Assembly: GCA_964016885.1 (NCBI GenBank) | Contig: OZ024741.1 | Coordinates: 297,662,001 to 297,726,000, forward strand | Source of the DNA: Eledone cirrhosa | Lineage: Eukaryota | Length of the DNA: 64,000 bases | Direction of reading: 5' to 3' | Shown: positions 57,497-64,000 of the stretch, in pieces | Numbering within the stretch: position 1 is the first letter of the stretch | Layout: every line of letters begins with the position of its first letter | Notes under the pieces: generated by a model | What the model saw: only the letters and a program-made list of their open reading frames with translations | Database searches by the model: none | What the model was told of the DNA's origin: nothing | Position numbers and translations under genes: made by a program

Positions 57497-57526
57497 TTAT
57501 ATACATACATATATATAGATGCATTT

Positions 57527-57835
57527 GAAGGCCCGTAGCCTCGTAATTAGGGATGCGCGTCCAAATATCGTAAAATTATGAGTTCGATTCCCAGCTGCAC
57601 CTTGTATGTTTCCTTGATCAAGACACTTTATTTGACGTTGCTCCAGTCAATTCAGCTTGTAAAAATGAATAGTAACTGTAATTCAAAGGGCCAGCATTGT
57701 CACACTGAATTTCCCAGAGAATTGCGTTAAGGATACACGTGTCTGTGGGATGCTTAGCCGCTTGCATGCCAATTTCATGAGCAGGCTGTTCCATTTGTCG
57801 AACGTCTGTAACAGTGGTCGTTGAAACTGACAGAG
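57527..57835 (+). mobile_element. tRNA-derived SINE (family 2); related minus-strand copies at ~16305-16600, 23840-24090, 25150-25310
   Basis: B-box gagttcgattccc and the shared body gtcacactgaat.tccc.gagaatt.cgttaa...gtggaatgctca. Confidence 0.65.
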
Positions 57836-58628
57836 GTCAATACATGTATGTATGTATGTATGTATGTATGTATGTATGTATGTATGTATGTATGTATGTA
57901 TGTATGTATGTATGTATGCATGCATGCATGTATGTATGTATGTATGTATGCATGTATGTATGTATGTATGTATGTATGTATGTGTGTGTATGTATGTATG
58001 CATGTATGTATGTATGTATGTGTGTGTATGTATGTATGCATGTATGTATGTATGTATGTGTGTGTATGTATGTATGCATGTATGTATGTATGTATGTATG
58101 TATGTATGTATGTATGTATGTATGTATGTATGTATGGGAGAGATGACCCCTTAGCCTTTGTCAAGGCAGAATTCTAGGAGAAGGAAAACTCTGATATAAC
58201 ACCTGCAACCCTGATGGTATCCAATGATGTTGACTTGTTCTTCTTTTTGGTAAATATCATCTTGGTTAAGAGAGTGGGACTGGCTTTGTGCAGTGCCTTT
58301 GCTCACTATAAAAGCTTCACAGCACAGGCATTGCTTTATATCTGGAGATCTCTCTGCACTTGTCATCACATGGTACCATGGGCCCAGCACTAAGTGTCAA
58401 TAATTGTCACAAGTGTAGTGTTTGTACCAGAGTTTTCAAGTCGCTGGCTGGACTAAAAAGTCACACTCGTTCAGCGCATCGGTAGGGGTTCTCCTACATG
58501 GATATAAAGTAGTGGCCATACTCGAAAACGAGTTGGCAGCCACCATGTATGTATGTATGCATGTATGTATGTATGTATGTATGTATGTATGTATGTATGT
58601 ATGTATGTATGCATGTATGTATGTATGT

Positions 58629-61600
58629 TCTTTTGGTTTTATAATTTCACAAAGTTTTACCAATAGAGAGAGAGAGTCGGTTTCTAACATATACACAAGA
58701 CTCTCTCATTGGAATTTACACAACATCAACTAGGTAAATATGTAGATATGGATGTTATTGTATGTGTGGATGTGGATGTTTTGAGTTGTATGTGTGCATG
58801 TGTATATGCTTTGCATCTGTACATGTGTATATGCAGTTATTAGATGCAAAATCTTTGGAATGTTTTACATATTTTTACTGTTCCATTAATGGATTGTACT
58901 TGTAATTTCCTAACTAGTTGTGTTCTTTCTGTTCATGTGAAGCCTAGCTTCCCAAGATTTGTATTGAGGCAGTTATTAACATATCCCAGTGCCCCAATAA
59001 TCACAAGCATAAATCTGAAGGTGTAATCAGGGTGGAGTGTCTGCAGATTTCTCATCAGTTCTGCATAAATATTCTCCTTTTCACTAATCTTTGATATTAT
59101 ATTGGCATCTGCTGGGCAGCTAATTTCCACTACTGTGCATGCTTTCTTCTCCCTGTCCCATATCATATCTGGTCTGTTATGCCTGCATTTTATTGGGGTT
59201 TTTACTGGAACATTCCACCAGTACTCTTTCATATTATGTACATGGATGTCTTCCACATTGCTGTAGCTTTTAATGTGTTTATTATCGGGGCTATCTTTTT
59301 TACGAACTGCATTGTAAAGTGTTTTGGCCACTACATCATGCCTCATAGGTAGATAGTACCGCGATGACATCTTTGGACAGCTGCTGATGACATGGGTGAT
59401 ATCCTCAATGTAAGTTCTGCAGAGTCTGCACTTGTTATCACATCTAGGTGTTTTGCCTGCATCCCTATCTCTTTTGTGAATCAGGTATTTCGTGTTAATC
59501 TCCTGTTCTTGGATTGCAAACGCGTATCCTTCAAAGTGGGAGCCAATATAGCGGCTGTTGGTCCAAGATAGACTACTTTCCTTATCTATATTACTCTCAC
59601 TCTGGAGCTTTCTGGGAACATATGCATGCATGATTTTTTGCTGATAAGTATGCAGTTTTTCATCCATGGATTCACTGCGATACTGCTGAGCGACTTCCCT
59701 GGGTGTGAGGTTTTGATTATCACACAGGGAATATCTCTCAAGGAGTTCCTTCCCAACTCTTATGATCTGATCTGTTTCATGCAGATAGACTTGCTCGAGA
59801 AACGGGCTCCTACGCTTCGAGGTTCGTAGATGTTGTCGGAGAGATATGATGCGACATTCAAATGTTGTCTGGACTGATGTTAGGCCTCTGCCTCCCTGCT
59901 TACGTTTCAAGTAAAGGCGGTCTATGTCACTATTGATGTGGAAGTTTCCGGTGTTGTTTAGTATTTTTCGAGTTCCAACATCAACTGCTCGGATTTCGTC
60001 TATCGTCCAGTTGAGTATTCCAAACGTTGATGTTAGGACAGGCACAGCAAACACATTGTGAGCCAGTTTTGTTTTGCGCAGAGAGTTCCGATGACCAGAT
60101 CTTTCTTAATCGAGTGTAGTATACCCTGGTTACGCGTTCTTTATTACAGATACGATTATAGGATATGTTCTCATCTATCCCCAGGTATCTGTAGCAGTCC
60201 TCATCAGATATCGGTGAAACAGTTAGGCCATTGATGACAATGTTGCTAGATTGGGTTGTTGTTTTTCCCCGCTTTACAGTCATGTATAAGCATTTTACTT
60301 GGCCAAATTCCATTCCTATATCCTTTGAAAACGTTGTAACCAGGTCAAGATTTTTCTTCATCCCATGCATGTTCTTGACATAGAGTTTCAGATCGTCCAC
60401 AAAGAAATTATTGGTTAGGTTCCTATTTCTGTCCTCCTGTGAGCCAATGATGTATCCCTCACATTTCTTGAGCAGAAAGGACAAGGGGTTTAATGACAAG
60501 ATGAATAATATCACAGAGGGGCTGTCACCCTGAAATATACCCCTGCAATATTTTATTTTATCAGTGAAAATAGAGTCCCCCCTCTCTGTCTTTAACCTTA
60601 GGATAGTAGCCCAAGAAGAAGACAGCCTCTCTATGGCTCTGACAATAATGTCTGTGACTTGAGCAAGTCGGAAGACCTCTATCATCCAAGAGTGGGGAAC
60701 AGAATCGAAAGCTTTCCTGTAGTCCAGCCAAACTGTAGCCATATTCCTCCTAAGTTGTCGTACCTCCGACATCGTAGTTTTGTTGATTAGGAGTTGTTCA
60801 GCACATCCCTAAACCCCTTTCTTTCCAGCTGCTTGTTTATCTGTGATGATGTTATTATTTTCACAGTGATCTTGGAGGAATAGGTTCAGGCAGGCTGTAT
60901 ACATCTTATACATCAGGTTCTGGCATGCAACGGTCGGTAGTTTTTTGCCAAGCGGGTGTCTTTGTTCTTGGGGACCAGTAATGTTTGTGCTAATGTCAAC
61001 TATTCTGGTATAAGTGTATCTCCCTTAAGAACTTGTTGGTAGAGGTCAATAAGATACCTCCAATAGAATATCAGTTTTTTTGTACCAGTAGCCGACAATC
61101 ATGTCTCTTCCTGGTGTTTTCTTATCTTGGAGTTTTCTTATCACAGTCTCAAGGATACCCTCACTTATTTCGTATGTTTTTGTTGTAGTGTAGGAGCAAT
61201 AGTTCTTTCGGATTTCTCTTAGCCACACTGCATCTTGGTTGAAATTCTTCTTTTCACCCCATATTTTGCTCCAAAAGGAATCTGTCTTTCTGGGATGGGG
61301 CCTCAGTGACACTTATTATTTTGCCCTTCATATCTCTATAGACTGATATTTGGTTTCGTCTGAATCTTTTATTAAGTACTTTTCTCTCATCTACCTTCTT
61401 CATGTATCGGCATTTTTCGCTAACAGCTCTCAATTTTTGTTTGAGGGTGATCAGCTTATATTGGAGAGTTCTGGTTCTACTGTTACCAAAGATCGTCTCT
61501 ATTTTATTTTTCACTCTTTGTTGGTGAGGAGTGAGTTTCTTTTGTGTTTGTTTGCATGTAAGGAGCATTGTCACATATCCTATGTTTTTCGTAGGTCAGC

Positions 61601-61770
61601 AATCTTTTTTTCTATTTTAGTTATATATGTTGGTATTTTTGGTGGTGTTCTGTTCTTGTTAATATCTCTGCTATCACCAATATAATACTTCACTGTCGTT
61701 GCTAAGGCATATAAACAGGCGTTGATTTGCCAATATGTTGGGGTTTTTATCCGTCGTAAATATTCATCCC
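58629..61770 (-). mobile_element. R4/Dong-clade LINE (RT + CCHC + restriction-like endonuclease), degenerate, with (CATA)n at the 3' end
   Basis: WLDYRKAFDSVPH, RGIFQGDS, FFVDDLKLY, GGRGL, CRLC..EDITHVISSC, RHD, NRPD and EISCP. Multiple frameshifts and stops. Confidence 0.9.
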
Positions 61771-62017
61771 CTATTTCGTCAATAACACGTAATATTTCAT
61801 TATTTGTTTTTTTTTTTTATTAAACATTGTCGTTTTAATACGTTCAGCAAGAGAGATATTTATACATGAATTAATTTCTCTCTGGAAGACTTTGTTGAGG
61901 GAAAATTTCAATTGTTTATGTATGTATGTATGTATGTTTTCTCTTTCTCTTAATTTCGAGTATATTTTTTTGACCGGCCACCTTCCTGGTGGCAAGGTTG
62001 TAAAAGAAAAGAAATTG

Positions 62018-64000
62018 TCATCCCTTGAATCGCAAGAATGTTTTGCATATTTTGAAGGTGCCAGCTATCGCAGCCATTTGTAGACTATGAATTAGGGAGC
62101 TGCGCTTTTTGTCCGCAAATCCAAGTTCGGTCATACTTTGGTCCAAGCGGGTTGGTATATAACCCGTAGCACCAATAATGATGGGTATGAAGCTAAAGGT
62201 GTATCTTGGATACTGGATTTGTAAGCTCCTCATCAATGGTCCGTAGATGTCCTCCTTCTCCTGTATTTTTCTGACAACGTTTACATCAAGTGGGCAGCTG
62301 ATCTCCACAACAGAACACGTTTTCAATGTGTGGTCCCAAACTACAATATCAGGCCGGTTGTGCTTTAATTTGGTGGCAGTTTTTATTTTCAGGTTCCACC
62401 AGTATTCCTTAGTGCCATCTGTCTCAATATATTCTTCCTCGTTTGTTGTTAATTTTGTTTTCCGAAGTGCGTTCCAGATGGTTCTAGCTATCCCATCGTG
62501 TCTCATGGGGAGGTAGTAGCGAGATGACATTCTTTCGCAGCTGGCAACAATGTGGCTTACATCCTCGATCTTTGTTTTACATAGCCTACATTTATTGTCA
62601 GCTGCTGGCCCTCCTCTTTTGTGCAGCAGATATTTGGTAGGGAGTTCTTGTTCCTGTATTGCATAGAGATATCCCTCAAGGTGTGATGTCATAAACTTGT
62701 CGGAACTCCATGCCAGGCTTTTTGAGTGGTTTATCCCCTCTATGGTCTGTGTTTTACGCCTCAAGTATCCATGCACAACTTTCTCTGTAAATTGGTCAAT
62801 TTTTTTTTCTTGTTTGAACATTGAATAGGATCTTCCGATTTCTCTGGGTGAGAGATTTATATCAGGCTTTATTCCATATCTCTCCTCCAGATCAGTCGCT
62901 ATTCTAATGATATTTCTTTTTTCATGCTCATAAACCTGAGCAAGATGGTCGCCAACCTTTTTCCTCTGTTGAAGGTGTTGCTTCAGTGTTACTATCCGGG
63001 TCTCATATGTTGTTAATATTGATTTTAGACCCCGGCCACCTTCCTTGCGTGAGAAGTATAGCCTATCCACATCACCATTGATGTTAAAGTTCCCAGTAAC
63101 ACTGAGAAGTTTTCGAGTTCTAACATCCATCCCACTTAGTTCTTGCAATGACCAGTTCAGTAGGCCAAATGTTGGCGTTAGAATTGGCACAGCATAGGTA
63201 TTGTGGGCAATGTATTTGTTGTATGCTGACAGTTCTGATGACCATATTTTTTTTACTCTTCTGAGGTATTCAGTTCTGGTTCTCTCCTTATTTATGGGTC
63301 CATCATATCTGACATTCTCATCCTGTCCAAGATATCTGTAGTTGTCACCTGACTGCAGAGGTTGTATTGTCAGGCCGTTCATATCTAGATTTCTAGAGGA
63401 GGGCACAGCTCTTCCACGTTTTACTGCCAAATATGCACACTTGGACTCACCAAATTTCATTTTGATGTCGGTTGAAAATTGTGTAATGAGGTCCAATTGT
63501 TTCTTGATGTCATTGATATTTGGCCCATACAACTTCAGGTCATCAACAAAGAAAAGATGGGAGATACTTCTGGGCCCACTTCTTTGTCCACCTTGTTTCC
63601 TGAGTAGGTAAGATAGTGGATTCAGTGAGAGAACGAAGAGTAGCACTGACAAGCTATCACCCTGAAAGATGCCCTTCTGGTAATGTATCCTATCAGTCTT
63701 AACCTGCTCCTTCTCACCTCTAAGGATCAAATTGGTGTACCAGTTCTTGGTCAGGCGTTCAACAGCAGCTACTAATGGTTGTGGGACTTTAGCTAACTGT
63801 AAAGCCTTAATAATCCACCCATGAGGTACACTATCAAATGCTTTTTGATAGTCCAGCCACACGACAGTCATGTTTCTGTGATTCTTTGTTGTTTTTTCCT
63901 GAATCATTTTGTTAGTTAGTAGGTGATCTATGCAACCCCACACCTCCCTCTTTCCACCAGCTTGCTCAGGTGTTATGATGTTGTTGGTAGCACAGTGATC
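62018..64000 (-). CDS. R4/Dong-clade LINE ORF (RT + RLE), uninterrupted, continues beyond the window; 3' UTR and (CATA)n to ~61918
   Basis: WLDYQKAFDSVPH, KGIFQGDSLS, FFVDDLKLY, CRLC...HIVASC, RHD, HNRPD and EISCP. The frame stays open to 64000. Confidence 0.92.
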   Translation of the reverse strand, partial: DHCATNNIITPEQAGGKREVWGCIDHLLTNKMIQEKTTKNHRNMTVVWLDYQKAFDSVPHGWIIKALQLAKVPQPLVAAVERLTKNWYTNLILRGEKEQVKTDRIHYQKGIFQGDSLSVLLFVLSLNPLSYLLRKQGGQRSGPRSISHLFFVDDLKLYGPNINDIKKQLDLITQFSTDIKMKFGESKCAYLAVKRGRAVPSSRNLDMNGLTIQPLQSGDNYRYLGQDENVRYDGPINKERTRTEYLRRVKKIWSSELSAYNKYIAHNTYAVPILTPTFGLLNWSLQELSGMDVRTRKLLSVTGNFNINGDVDRLYFSRKEGGRGLKSILTTYETRIVTLKQHLQQRKKVGDHLAQVYEHEKRNIIRIATDLEERYGIKPDINLSPREIGRSYSMFKQEKKIDQFTEKVVHGYLRRKTQTIEGINHSKSLAWSSDKFMTSHLEGYLYAIQEQELPTKYLLHKRGGPAADNKCRLCKTKIEDVSHIVASCERMSSRYYLPMRHDGIARTIWNALRKTKLTTNEEEYIETDGTKEYWWNLKIKTATKLKHNRPDIVVWDHTLKTCSVVEISCPLDVNVVRKIQEKEDIYGPLMRSLQIQYPRYTFSFIPIIIGATGYIPTRLDQSMTELGFADKKRSSLIHSLQMAAIAGTFKICKTFLRFKG

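Noticed and set aside
57527-57600. tRNA genes (also 5585-5690)
   Set aside because: Only degenerate A/B boxes followed by repeat bodies, with no cloverleaf. These are SINE heads.

Overview
This is eukaryotic, AT-rich, repeat-saturated DNA with very long (TA)n, (TATG)n, (CA)n, (GA)n and (AAC)n tracts. The repeat spectrum resembles an invertebrate, probably a coleoid cephalopod such as an octopus (inference only). I found no host gene. Most ORF-track entries are microsatellite translations. The real coding sequence is all transposable-element derived: a Tx1/L1 LINE, two Helitrons, a CR1-group LINE, two R4/Dong-type LINEs, CRE and RTE fragments, and several Penelope-like elements (PLEs: one near-complete Neptune-type, two Naiad-like GIY-YIG ends). 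The most striking unexplained structure is non-coding. Over 20 short inserts sit inside (TA)n tracts. Many are long palindromes built from PLE pseudo-LTRs (pLTRs) carrying type I hammerhead ribozyme motifs, about 20 motifs in total on both strands. The inserts follow one grammar: an inverted arm starting at a fixed internal site, joined head-to-head to a sense arm ending in a conserved tail. Highlights are an ORF-less 472-bp tandem unit with a hammerhead in each copy (retrozyme/circRNA candidate), hammerheads with a conserved structured module inserted in stem II, an HDV-like ribozyme remnant on a bipartite RTE derivative, and a 5S rRNA-headed SINE. All folds and alignments were done by eye, so coordinates may be off by a few bases.
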